From positions 251,673 to 315,672 of the forward strand of contig MU004188.1 of assembly GCA_010093605.1 (NCBI GenBank): 64,000 nt of DNA, read 5' to 3'. The DNA comes from Lophium mytilinum. Lineage: Eukaryota. Shown one piece after another: positions 14,158-25,250 of this stretch; positions within the stretch are counted from its first letter, which is position 1, and every line of letters begins with the position of its first letter. Position numbers and translations under genes: made by a program. The notes under the pieces were generated by a model that saw only the letters and a program-made list of their open reading frames with translations, had not been told where the DNA came from and searched no databases.

Positions 14158-14574
14158 CGTTGACGACAACGGCCTGCTATGTTTGTGGTCTCGAATGGCC
14201 TCTTCCTTTTCTATGGCTGTTTACCTCTCAATCTTTTCCTTTCGACGGCGTCTTAGAGGATGAAGCGTTTCCCCTCTGAGGCTCTCTAAAGTAAATATCA
14301 TAATGAGAAGGACCATTCCATCCCTTTCATTCAAAACCCTGCGTTAACCTATGTGTATCTACTTTTTATTTTAATGCACAGAATCCCCTTTGTGCTGAAC
14401 TTGTAGGATGTTGTTCACATCTCCGCATTGGGTAGACTATGAAGAACGATACATTGACAGTAGACTCCATTTATTGTGAGTGTTGGCAAACTCGCACGAC
14501 AGACTTGCTGAATCCTCCCGAGGTCGGCCTCCTTATACCCTGATACCATGTTTTCAAACCGAAGCCAACTCAAT

Positions 14575-14895
14575 CCCTTGGGCTAGAATCATACCGTTAC
14601 TATTTGACGTTATTCTCTGGGCTGATATAGGATATTCTCCAATAGTATGCCAAAATCGAGTTCAAATCGCACGGACTGGCTTCACTTCATACATCTCAAC
14701 ACCGTCAAGTACACCCTAAATCTACGGTCCGATATGGAGTGACCTCCAATAGCATGCCAGAATCGAATTCAAATCGCACGGACTGGCCCCCGTTTATACA
14801 TCTTAACACTGCTAAATTTGACCCAATCCGTTGGGCTAAATTGAAGCGTCGCGAATTGGACATTGTTCTCTGGGCTAATCTAGGATGTGATCCAT
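14575..14895. repeat. Degenerate intergenic direct repeats in A-B-B'-A' order
   Basis: ctccaatag(t/c)atgcca(a/g)aatcga(g/a)ttcaaatcgcacggactggc at ~14637 and ~14744; ttctctgggct(g/a)at(a/c)taggat at ~14613 and ~14866. Confidence 0.75.
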
Positions 14896-15010
14896 CAAAT
14901 ATCGGTATAGTACTAGGCCACAAGCTTAGGCACCCGAATATCACTGTTCGAGTGTCACTTTTGCAAGCTGGACACCGCTGTTAAGGGCGGCCCCATCGCG
15001 AGAATACCTC

Positions 15011-15050
15011 TTGAAAGAGGAAGCTCAGATTGAAAGAGGAAGCTCAGATT
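15011..15050. repeat. Perfect 19-bp tandem duplication
   Basis: ttgaaagaggaagctcaga x2; an 11-bp x3 repeat (gtcttagcgtg) also lies at 15231-15261. Confidence 0.9.
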
Positions 15051-15518
15051 ACGCGGTCTAGATCTTGACGTGACGCCTATCTTGTGGTCTTCCCATGAGC
15101 GAGCTCCTGCCAGTGGCAATCAGGTGTGCACAGAGTTATGGCTTGTCACGGTATCCGTGCAACTTTGTATTCGGGGATTCCATATCACGTGATACGACTT
15201 GGCGGAATCGGAACTTCTGATTCGAGGCCTGTCTTAGCGTGGTCTTAGCGTGGTCTAAGCGAGAGCTCTATGTTTACCAACCTCAGCCTTAGCTTCAGCA
15301 GACTACCTCTAAGTAACAGCTACAGCAGTCCTAAGACCGATGCTACCAAGTAGCCTCCACTAATAAGTGACATCGTTTAGAGTAGCTCGACAACTTTTAC
15401 AGGTCCTCTTGCAGAGAGATCTCTGCCGCCTGCGCACGCAACCACATAGCAGGCAGCCAAAGGCAACACCGCCGTCCACGATTTCAACTAGCACTGATCC
15501 TTGTGCAATCACTCCGCA

Positions 15519-16691
15519 ATGGCGAGAACGAGGAAGCCGATGACGAAAAAGAAGATGGGGTTGCCGGTTATCTCGAAATACAAGACGAGAGCTACCAGGA
15601 CCTCGAAATCTGCGCAGGCTACTAAACCCGCCGCAAAGACGAAGAAGTTGGACGCTACCAAGAAACGCAAGGCCAGAGCTGCAGCGACCTCGAAATCTGC
15701 GAAGGCTACCAAGGCCGCCTCAAAGACGAAGAAGCTGGATGCTACCAAGAATCGCAAGACCAGAGCTGCAAAGACCTCGAAATCCGCTCAGGCTTCTAAA
15801 CCCGCCGGCACTGGTTTCCTGAGTCTCTCTGGCGAGCTGCGGAACATGATCTACGAGCAAGTCCTCATATTCTCCGAGAAGATCCTAGTGGGCTACGGCA
15901 ACAACAAGAAGCCGCGAAAGCAGCGAGTCCGCGGCGCGCCTCGCCCCCCAACTGGAGTTCCCGCGCTCCTTCAAGTGTGCCGCCAGATCCGCCAAGAGGG
16001 CCTCTCCATCTTCTACAGCGCGAACACGTTCGCGCTCCATGAAGACAACGATGTCATACGGCGGGATCCCGGGTTCGAGCTCAAATTCTCCGGATCGAAG
16101 TGGTATGTTACTGGGCGCCCTGCGACCGGACGCTTCGAGCGCTGGTGCGCCAGCCTAGGCGACAGTTTGAGATGGCTCCGCAGCATCCACCTATGCTATC
16201 GCTTTCGGAAGACGGGCTACTCGGGCTACTGGACGGTCCGATACTCAGGCGACTTTTTCCAGTGGGTCAAGTTTGCGGTCCAGCATCCGGACGTAGCTAT
16301 TACTATCGCTTCGGAAGACACTTATTGCGGCTGCGTCGAGGGGAAAGGCCCTGCATCGCACTTGACTACGCTGGCAGACAAGATCCCCATCTTGGACGAG
16401 CCGGCCTGGGTGGAGGGGATCAGGGCTGGGAACATCACTAGTTTCGTTGGTCTTACGGCTAGGAAGACACACGACTTTGGGAATTGGGAAGAGTCGTGGG
16501 AGGTCAGAGTCATTGAAGTCGCATACAGGTCGCAAGCTCAAGAGGAGATGGACGAAGATGATTGGCAGGACATCTGCGACGACCTGAGCTTGGGGTACGA
16601 GTTCGAGGTGCAACGGAAGAGCGCCCGAGGAAAGGGTCAATATGGCATGATTGTGGAGGCCAAGCCGGAGGTGATCGTAATAGACGACTAA
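15519..16691 (+). CDS. Hypothetical protein: histone-H1-like Lys/Ala/Thr repeat tail plus F-box-like motif; paralog B
   Basis: GFLSLSGELRNMIY and PTGVPALLQVCRQIRQEGLSIFYSANTF, colinear with paralog A. Confidence 0.75.
   Translation: MARTRKPMTKKKMGLPVISKYKTRATRTSKSAQATKPAAKTKKLDATKKRKARAAATSKSAKATKAASKTKKLDATKNRKTRAAKTSKSAQASKPAGTGFLSLSGELRNMIYEQVLIFSEKILVGYGNNKKPRKQRVRGAPRPPTGVPALLQVCRQIRQEGLSIFYSANTFALHEDNDVIRRDPGFELKFSGSKWYVTGRPATGRFERWCASLGDSLRWLRSIHLCYRFRKTGYSGYWTVRYSGDFFQWVKFAVQHPDVAITIASEDTYCGCVEGKGPASHLTTLADKIPILDEPAWVEGIRAGNITSFVGLTARKTHDFGNWEESWEVRVIEVAYRSQAQEEMDEDDWQDICDDLSLGYEFEVQRKSARGKGQYGMIVEAKPEVIVIDD
15588..15805 (+). repeat. 87-nt (29-aa) coding tandem repeat x2.5
   Basis: RAxxTSKSAxATKxAxKTKKLDATKxRKx repeated. 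Confidence 0.85.
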
Positions 16692-18168
16692 TGGCTCCGG
16701 GCTGGGTAAAACTTTCGAAGGTTTGCAATGGACTTGGCGTATCAAGGGTGTCTGATTTGGGCCTTTTCTGAATGATATCGGTTGGGCAAAACTCTCGGTG
16801 TCTTCTTTCGGTTACCTTCTAGTCCGTCTCTCCTGCCTTTAAGCAATGATTGACGAATAATGTTTGTTTACTCACGTGTAATGCAGCCCACTCCTTAGCC
16901 CGAACGGTCAAATCCCGTGAGGCATCAAAGAAATGTTAGAAGCAGGTATGGGTGGGCGAACGACACACTTTTCAAGAGCACATGGCCTCCTGTTTCAATT
17001 TTCATACTCTCACCAATCACTATGACGTGCCTTCCGCCTGTCTCTACTTCTTTGAGGGCGCCATTTTTCGGTTCTAATTCCTGGTTCTTTAATCAAGCAG
17101 TGTATTTGGTATCACTGGAGAGACAAGTGTTGATTGTGACAAATGCATCATTCATTGAGACACCCTAAGAGGACCTGATATCACCCAGGAAGTCGTGTTT
17201 CGAGATGCATCAAAGCACCCTCGGAGATGGTCGACTATGCGTCCATGCATCTCCTCCGGAGGACCGTATCATTCACCGCCTATAGATTGATATCTTAGCC
17301 CTCCCATGTGCACCCCACAGACCTATTGTCTTCTATGCTCGCTTGTCTATCGCACACGATGCAGCTGAAGGACACTCCTGAGTTTGACTTTCGCTCAGCC
17401 TCTTCGAGCCAATCACTATACAGGCTCGCTGCCAGACCCTTCCAAGATGTTGATTTGGGTGAATCAGGCCACTTTGTACCTATTCTTCTAAGCATCAATG
17501 AAAATGCCCAGGAAGCCGCCCAGCATATTTATATCGGATGTGCTGATGTCATAAAGATGACCTTTAGCTCAGCATTGTTTTTCGCCTCTATGCCAACTTG
17601 AGCTCTGCAACCTCTTATTGATTCTGGAGGGCCCGTGCGCGGCGCAGTACCTCGAATCGAGCAAGGATTAATTCGCCCAGGTCTCTCTATGCTCTGGGTC
17701 AGGACTGTTTCTATGTGATCTGGTGTCTTTATTTACCTTTTGAAGGGTGAGATCATAGTCGACTTGCGCCTGGAGGCTTTCGCGAACGCCCTTGGCGGAG
17801 ATGGTGTCGAAATCGCTATTCGCAAGGATGGTATCAATCATGGCGGAATATGAAGCCTCAACATCTGGCAGTGCGGCTATAAACCTCAGATGTTAGCGAT
17901 GAGATCCGATTTAGCTGCCGGTTTAGAGCTGCTGGCCATCCCGGCGAAAGAAGCATCCATTGGCGAAAGATGAGGATGCCTGGACATTTGAAATGGACGA
18001 GAGAGAGAAAGTGTCCGGGATAGCGATATCTGCGGGGGTAATCGTCAGTCTGGCTGATGAATACAATGCCGCCATGTAAAGATTTTCAGGTGTTTGAAGG
18101 ACGTACCAAGGCTATTTCTGAATCCCGTTCTCCGCAAATAGACTTGCGGTATAGAACGGTGCCGCATG

Positions 18169-19765
18169 TCATTGGAAGGCTCGTGACTCACCGAGATCAG
18201 GCTCGTGGCCGTTCATTGTGGAAACAAAATCTCGGCCAAGATCTAGGTCCTGTTCGGTGGGTGGAATGTGCTGCCCAGGCGAACTCGGATGGTTGCCGGC
18301 GGTATCAATACTCCCAGTCTGAGATAACACAGGTTAGCTGAATCGCAATTTTGATAGTTGCTCAGTGAACATACTTCGACTACCTTATCGCCTTCCACAC
18401 GGACTTCGTGATCCCGTAGTCGCCGCATGAGCTCGAGAAATGTACTGTTCTGGAACTTCTCGCTCGTGTTGTCAGCCACGCTTTCCAACAACTTTCCAGC
18501 GGTCTGCGCCATCTGATCCTGTTCGTTCCGAATCTGTTCTTCAGACCTCGGTTGTTGCTCCTGCTCTTGCTGGAAAGGTTGCTGGGCATTACGACCGTGT
18601 GTTATATACCCTGCAGCCTCCAGATCCGCCCAAAGATTCGGCCAATTGTTATCGAGGGAAGTTGCTAAGTCCGCGGGAAACATCGACATAAGTCTTCCGT
18701 TGATTTTCTGAATCAAGGCAGCTGCACGTGTCTCGATCTCCTCGGGAATGGCGTCGGCATGTTGTCCGTTGGCGACGATATCCAGCGTGTCAATACACCA
18801 CTTGGCCTCGCTGATATCATTGAACAAGGTTCCCTCCTGTTCAGTCTGCTCAAGGTGGCTCAAATAGGTTGCCGCTTCCATAGTTGCTCCAGTGCTAATT
18901 AAACTCCGTAGCTTCATCGTGAGATATACGGCTATGACCGTTGTTAGCGTACTTTCTAGTGGAGTAGAAGTCAATCTTACGGTATCTCTTGTCCTTGATC
19001 CCCAACAAGATTGGGTCCGTTTCCGTAGGTAGTTGTGAAGACACCTTTTCCACAGCCGCCTCTTCTTGGAGCATCTCCGCCTGAGCCTCCGCAAAGGCCC
19101 GCTCAAAAGCGGATTCGTCGAATTGTCCCACATCGGCTTTTTGTTTCCCTTCCGCGACCGACATGTTCTGCTCCTGCATGGGACCCCCAAAAGCCGACTG
19201 TCCGAAGGTCGACCCTGCAAACCCACCCATCCCATACCCTGGCATCCCGCCATACATGTTCATATTTTGCGCCGGGGATTGGTAACTCTGCTGTGCTACT
19301 CCTGGCGCCTGCTGGCTCATGAAGTCCTGGTGCCATGACGATTGAGCTGCCGGTGCCTGTGCCTGTGGTCTAAAATGTTGGTTCTGCTGGGGTTGTGGAG
19401 AGGAAATTTGTAGACGCTGGAAGTCGGAAGCCCAGCCTCCGGCCTGGGGTTGTGGCGAGAATCGCGGTTGAAGTTGTGCGTGAGAAAGGTGGGGAGGAAG
19501 ATGCTGGAAATCAGGATGAAGCGGTGGCGCGTGTCCAGCTTGAAAGGCGTCGAACTCGGGGTCTAGGAGGCCGACATTCTGGTTGGAGGTAGAGCGGAAG
19601 GACTGTATTGCGATTTAGCTTTAGGGGAGGTAGGAGGAGTATGATACTGACCTGTGAAGGCGATTGCCGTGAAATCAAGCGGTCTTGCTGCAGAGTCCTG
19701 TCTACGGCTGTATGTTTCTGGAAGTTCTGGAGTGGATTTGCAGGCCCGCAGAGTGCGTCCGCCAT
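18169..19765 (-). CDS. PEX20: Peroxin 20, PTS2 co-receptor; 4 predicted exons
   Basis: N-terminal MADALCGPANPLQNF (ubiquitinated Cys), WHQDF WxxxF motif, Pex7-binding box KFQNSTFLELMRRLRDHEVRVEGDK; no TPR domain; 3' end approximate. Confidence 0.85.
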
Positions 19766-20079
19766 GGTGAATGGAATTCAAGGGTATCAAAGGTAGGAGG
19801 TTGAAGTGCCCAGGTGGTGGAGAGAGGAAGAAACGTCGCCATCGGGTACCTATGTCCTGTGATGCATGACGGGCCGAGGATGTATTCTTGTGAGATCGTG
19901 GCACGTGCTGAAAGTTACGCAGTAGGTATCATTACCGCATTTGTCGGGTGCGAAATAGCGTAGAATCCTTGGCGAACTTTTTCGAGCTCCGCATCACGTC
20001 TTCGAAGAGCTCTAACACAGATTAAAAGCTACGGTCTTCAAACTTCTACAGCAGATTCTTACTTTGTAGTTAACTTCGC

Positions 20080-20685
20080 CCCTTCAGTTCCAGCCTCTAA
20101 TATATAAAGGGAGAGGAGTTATTCTAGTACGAAGTTGGCCTAGAAAACTGCCAAGATGCGCTAGATTAGCGCGACCTAGAGCATTTGCAACTTCGTCGCG
20201 TCCGATTCTCTCCTGCAGGCTTGTACCCCAAATAAAACACCTAAAACTAAATCTTAAAACCTGAAACTTCTGTAAAGACCTTCTTATACCTAGGTAAATA
20301 CTATACAAGTACTACACACGGTGCTGAAGAATGTGTTGTGGAGCGAGTACATAGGATTTTGTAATGCGGAGCTCGAAAAAGTCCGCCAAGGATTCTACGC
20401 TATTTCGCACCCGACAAATTCCCTTGTCGCATTTGGCTCTACAATATCGATAAGAATACGACCAATCGAAAGCTTCCTAGTGATATCTGATGTGAAATAC
20501 CGAAGCAACACAGGCCCTCTAGGTTTTTCGTACATCAGGCTAGTACCGCTTGAGGTCCTGCAGTACATTATAAGAGATCGGAAAAGGTCAATCTTAACAA
20601 AGATGGAAGCTTTGCGGGCCACCTCAAACGGTGTCGGACTGCGGCTTTTTGTTAGGATAAATCAACAACTGTAGGATTAGAATGA
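20080..20685 (+). pseudogene. TpA-rich degraded segment, possible RIP-mutated gene or TE relic
   Basis: Dense TA dinucleotides; one + frame reads protein-like but is interrupted by repeated stops. Confidence 0.3.
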
Positions 20686-20971
20686 GGTCATTCACTTCTT
20701 GAATTCCTTTTTAAAGATAGACCGAAGGCCATCAAACACGAGCCCGTGCAGGTTTATACCTACACATTTCTAAAATACATGTCCCAAATCTCAAGATCCA
20801 TTTCCAGCCCTCCACGCCCTGAATTCACTTTCAAACCGGCCAAGCATTGGAGAATGACGAGTAAATTCCTTGAAATTTATATCTGGCTGATTGAAACCGG
20901 CCTTGCTCGCAGTGCTAGATAGATATTCAAGGCATACCAGACAGCAGCAGGTCAGCTACAAAATCGACCAT

Positions 20972-21751
20972 TCATGATTGCGTTATTATTCCCGTGATGA
21001 AGCTGACCATGTCGTCCACGCCCTGGGGTTCATTGACCCAATGCCCTCCTTCCGAATAGATTGAGATGTCAACCTTCATTCCTAGTTCCTTCAGCGTAGC
21101 TCCCAGAGCCCTTCCGTTGACCACAGGCACTACAGCGTCATCTTCAGAGTGTGATAGATATACCGGCGTTTGAAGAGCAGCCGGTCCATCGACCCCCTTT
21201 TTGGAAGGAAGTAGTTGCTGGATGGCTTCGATGCGTGTTTCAGGTGAGCAGGTTCTTTCCGCAATGCTCTGAATCTCAGGCTGAAATGGAAGCCAGCTAG
21301 AGAGGCCGATGAATCCGCCCAGTCGAACCCCATTTTGGAATAGGGCATGAATGGCTGTTGCACAGCCTTGACTGATGCCCCCGAGAAAGATTCGATCCAT
21401 AGGAACTTCGGCCGATTCATCCTTCAGGACTCGTAGTATGAACTCCACGCTCTCATGCAGGCCCTGTTTCTGTACTTCTTGGTGTTCGTTTGGCCGCTGG
21501 ACGGACGACATGTCGAACCATTGGCACATTTCCTCGTCATCAACTTCTGCGTGCCGCATAGCTGCACATGGGAAGACCCATTTGAAGCCAGGCAGAATAT
21601 GAGTGAGAAAGCGATCATCGCTGTCCTGGCTTTCGAAGAACTCGCTCTCAAACTCGGTGGCCGTGCTGCCGCGACCGTGGAGAAAGATGACGGTGTGTGT
21701 ATGTGTCGCGGTCGGAGCCACGACGCGGATATTGGGCTGGCTGGTCGCCAT
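20972..21751 (-). CDS. Phospholipase/carboxylesterase (acyl-protein thioesterase 1-like alpha/beta hydrolase)
   Basis: IFLHGRG, QWFD, GGISQG nucleophile elbow, DAVVP, GGHW. Confidence 0.9.
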   Translation of the reverse strand: MATSQPNIRVVAPTATHTHTVIFLHGRGSTATEFESEFFESQDSDDRFLTHILPGFKWVFPCAAMRHAEVDDEEMCQWFDMSSVQRPNEHQEVQKQGLHESVEFILRVLKDESAEVPMDRIFLGGISQGCATAIHALFQNGVRLGGFIGLSSWLPFQPEIQSIAERTCSPETRIEAIQQLLPSKKGVDGPAALQTPVYLSHSEDDAVVPVVNGRALGATLKELGMKVDISIYSEGGHWVNEPQGVDDMVSFITGIITQS

Positions 21752-22533
21752 ATTTTGAACGTAGTGAGGAGGTAGACGTGTTTTGGTGAATTTTAGAGGG
21801 TGTTATGAGTTCGAGGGTTGGTATGTGAAAGTAAGTGAGAGGGTAAGAGCGTCAGTCCAAAAGGCTGCCCGCGAAAGTGCGCTTTGATGTGTAGAAGTGG
21901 TGACCAATAGAGCTAGCAAGTTCTGATGTTCAACCATGGACAGCAAGCAACATCAGGAACTGATTCTATTCGCGTTAGGCGAAACCTTCCGTGATTGAAG
22001 TGGGGCATACAGTCACACCCCAAGGTACACACCGTGGAGACAGAGACCTGGGATAAAGAGTATGAAGTGTCCGTGTGGCTCACTGGAAATTTTCGTACTA
22101 ATCATCGAAATACCGCAGGATTATGGCTATAATCTTGGAGACAAGTTCGACCACCCTTTCGTACCATTTGGCGTGCTTCTATGGACCTTGCAGAGTTCAA
22201 AAACGATGTACACATCGATACAGTGAAAAGTAAGCCACGTATTGGATGACTGGAAACCTCCCAACTGGGCTATTCCTCACAGTGGTGTTGAGAGAACAAG
22301 AGTTTAGCCCGTGAAATGTTAGTTCTGTGTACCGAGTTCCATATAACACAGCAATGTATCCCTAGGTGTAATTAGTTGTAGTGATGTTGGAGGCGACGGT
22401 GATGAATATGTCAGACATGAGGTCGCAAGATCTAATCTGATTTCGAGACTAGCCCAAGGACAGTGCGCAACTATCCCATTGCAACTCCCCCGATGCCAAA
22501 TAACACAACAATCCCCCAATAATTCCCACAGCC

Positions 22534-23927
22534 ATGGCAAGTTCGCGTGCTCCGCTCCTGCCGTCTGGACTCACCTCACTAACACTTTACCAGGCGCAAG
22601 TAATCTCAAACTCGGGTCACGATGACATGATAGTACGCCCTCTCCCTCTCCCCCAACCACCCACCCCTCCAGCTCGAATTGCACACCTTCGCTCGACACC
22701 ATGGCCCTCATACCCAACATGCAGAGGCGGCGCTCTGCCACCGTGGAGGAGGACTCCCTGATCATGAAACTGAACGAAATGCAGCACGATGCCGTTCTGG
22801 ACTACTACGGGCGCCGACTAGCAACATGCTCATCGGACAAGACAATCAAGATATTTGAGGTAGAGGGGGAATCGCATAGACTCACCGAGACATTGAAAGG
22901 GTACGCAGCCCCCTCTATACCCCACTTTCATGCCCTCCACGAAGCCGACCTCTAACTCCGCTCAACCACAGTCACGAAGGCGCCGTATGGTGCGTATCAT
23001 GGGTCCGTCCCCCCCTCCTCCCTCCTCCCACACCTCACACTAACACCCCTTCTCCCCAGGCCCACCCCAAATACGGCTCCATCCTCGCCTCGGCCTCCTA
23101 CGACGGCAAAGTCTTCATCTGGCGCGAGCAAAACTCCGCCTGGCAGCGCATCTTCGACTTCTCGCTGCACACGGCCTCGGTCAACCTCGTCGCGTGGGCG
23201 CCCCACGAAGCCGGCTGCCTGCTCGCCTGCGCCTCCTCGGACAGCAACGTCAGCGTGCTCGAGTTCAAGAACAACGCGTGGGAGCACCAGCTCATCCAGG
23301 CGCACGGGACCGGCGTCAATGCCGTCAGCTGGGCGCCGGCGATTGCGCCGGGCGCGATGCTCGCGGGGAGCGGCGCTGGAGGAGCCTCCGCGGGCGGGTT
23401 GAGGAGGTTCGTGACCGGGGGAAGCGATTGCATGGTTAAGGTTTGGGAGTTCAAGTATGTGTGCCCGGTTTGCTAGAGCTGTGGAGGGGAGAATGCTGAT
23501 ACGTGAGAATAGCCCGGAGACGAACAGTTACGCGCAGCTGGGGGAGAATCTTGTCGGCCATAACGATTGGGTGCGCGATGTGGCGTGGTCGCCTACGGTT
23601 CTGTCGAAGGCGTATATCGCATCGGCGTCCCAGGACAAGACGGTGCGTATCTGGACAAGCTCGAACCCGGATCTACGTAAGTGCTCTGTTTGCATCTCTC
23701 ATTGGCATCATTGGGCCTCTGCTGCTCCAATCTTCGGGTCGATTTGCTTACTGACCTCACTAGGCGAATGGAAATCTACCGTCCTCAACGTCGAAGCCGT
23801 CGCCTGGCGCGTTAGCTGGAGCCTCAGCGGCAACGTCCTCGCCGTCAGCACGGGCGACAACAGGGTCAGTCTATGGAAGGAGCGGCTGAGTGGCGGATGG
23901 GAGTGCGTGAAGACGATCGAGGAGTAG
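22534..23927 (+). CDS. SEC13: Sec13 WD40 protein (COPII / Nup84 complex / SEACAT), 7 exons
   Basis: [79 protein letters not shown]. Confidence 0.96.
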
Positions 23928-25250
23928 TGGCGAGGCCTGGCCTTGTGTATTTTATCAAGGAGCAGCTTTGAGTAAGCAATTGGAGTCTAGGTATCCAAAA
24001 GTCTGGAGGCATCTGGAGGGCTGGCGGCATGAGTTTGAATGCAGTTGGTAGGGGGCCTCGTCGATGGCGATAAGCAGGGGGAGATATTGGTACTGGTCTG
24101 CATCAGCGATGACGAGGGTGAGCCAAACCATTAGACAATTTTTAAGGTTACTTGAATCGAGCTTGGATTCGGTTCCTACTCTATTAATATTGGGGTAATT
24201 TGGTGAAGACGTTTAGTGAGCCATGATGCCTACAATAGAGCATCCTGCCAGGATACGGAAGAAGCCACCAATAAGCATACCCATTCTTTCCAACGCCACC
24301 ATAGACAGCATCTTCTCCATATTTGATCAATATAAGTACGCTTTCAGAGGGCACTACGTTTGCTCACTCACTCAATCACATCAAGCACATCATCATCACG
24401 CGAACACAAGCACCCAACAATTGCAAATGATTTTTCATCTCATCAACTTAGCTACGAACAAACCGAACCCTCATCTATATACTCGCAGAAGGAAACATGT
24501 CGCCTTCTTCCTATTCGCCAAAGGTATCGTTCGGGTGATGCCAAACTACCTACCAACGAGATTCGGTATCCAGTTCCCGGTGGGAGCGACACACGACCAA
24601 GCTAGTTGAGGCGGGGTGGGTGGGTATATATACCATGCCAGAGCCACCGCTATGCAAAAGAAGACAGGAAACACAAGATAAGAGGAGCCAAGTAAAGCAA
24701 AAGCAAATGCAACAATCGCAGTCGTAAAGTCGGATCGAGGAGTAAGCATGTGTGCAAAAAGGGACAACGCATATGAAACCGAAGTGAGAAGCCAACAGGA
24801 AAGGAAATGGGGTATAGAGTTCGTTCGTCCAACCGTTCCAAATTCCAAGCCATGAGGTAAGTGCTGTGTTGTTGACGTAGCGAGGAACGCGGTTGAGTTG
24901 ACCAAGCGCCGCCGTGATGATTAGGGTTGGGGATTGAGATGCAGATGCTGCGCAGCAGACTTAAGGAATGGCTGTGGTGAGCTCAAGGCGTCCGATGAAC
25001 TTTGGTAAAGGAATGTCGGAGATCGTAGATCTTGAAGGAAATTCGTGAAGATAGGGTGCTTTTCTGTCGCAGACGGAACGCAGGAATTAGGTAACCGGAG
25101 GATGACGAGAAGTGATGTGGAGTCGAGTCGAGGAAGAGGTCGTATGAGGTCGTCGAGACGTCGCAAGAGTTTGTCGAAAGTACAGCGGAAGTCGTCGAGA
25201 GCGTGCAGATCGACCACAATCGTGTGCGTCGCGCAGACGATGGCAGGCCA

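Noticed and set aside
12782..19907. CACGTG E-boxes upstream of both paralogs and PEX20 as a regulon of the local bHLH
   Set aside because: A hexamer at this frequency is expected by chance
24921..24930. TTAGGGTT as telomerase RNA template or telomere seed
   Set aside because: Single short match in the presumed F-box gene 3' UTR, with no other TER elements
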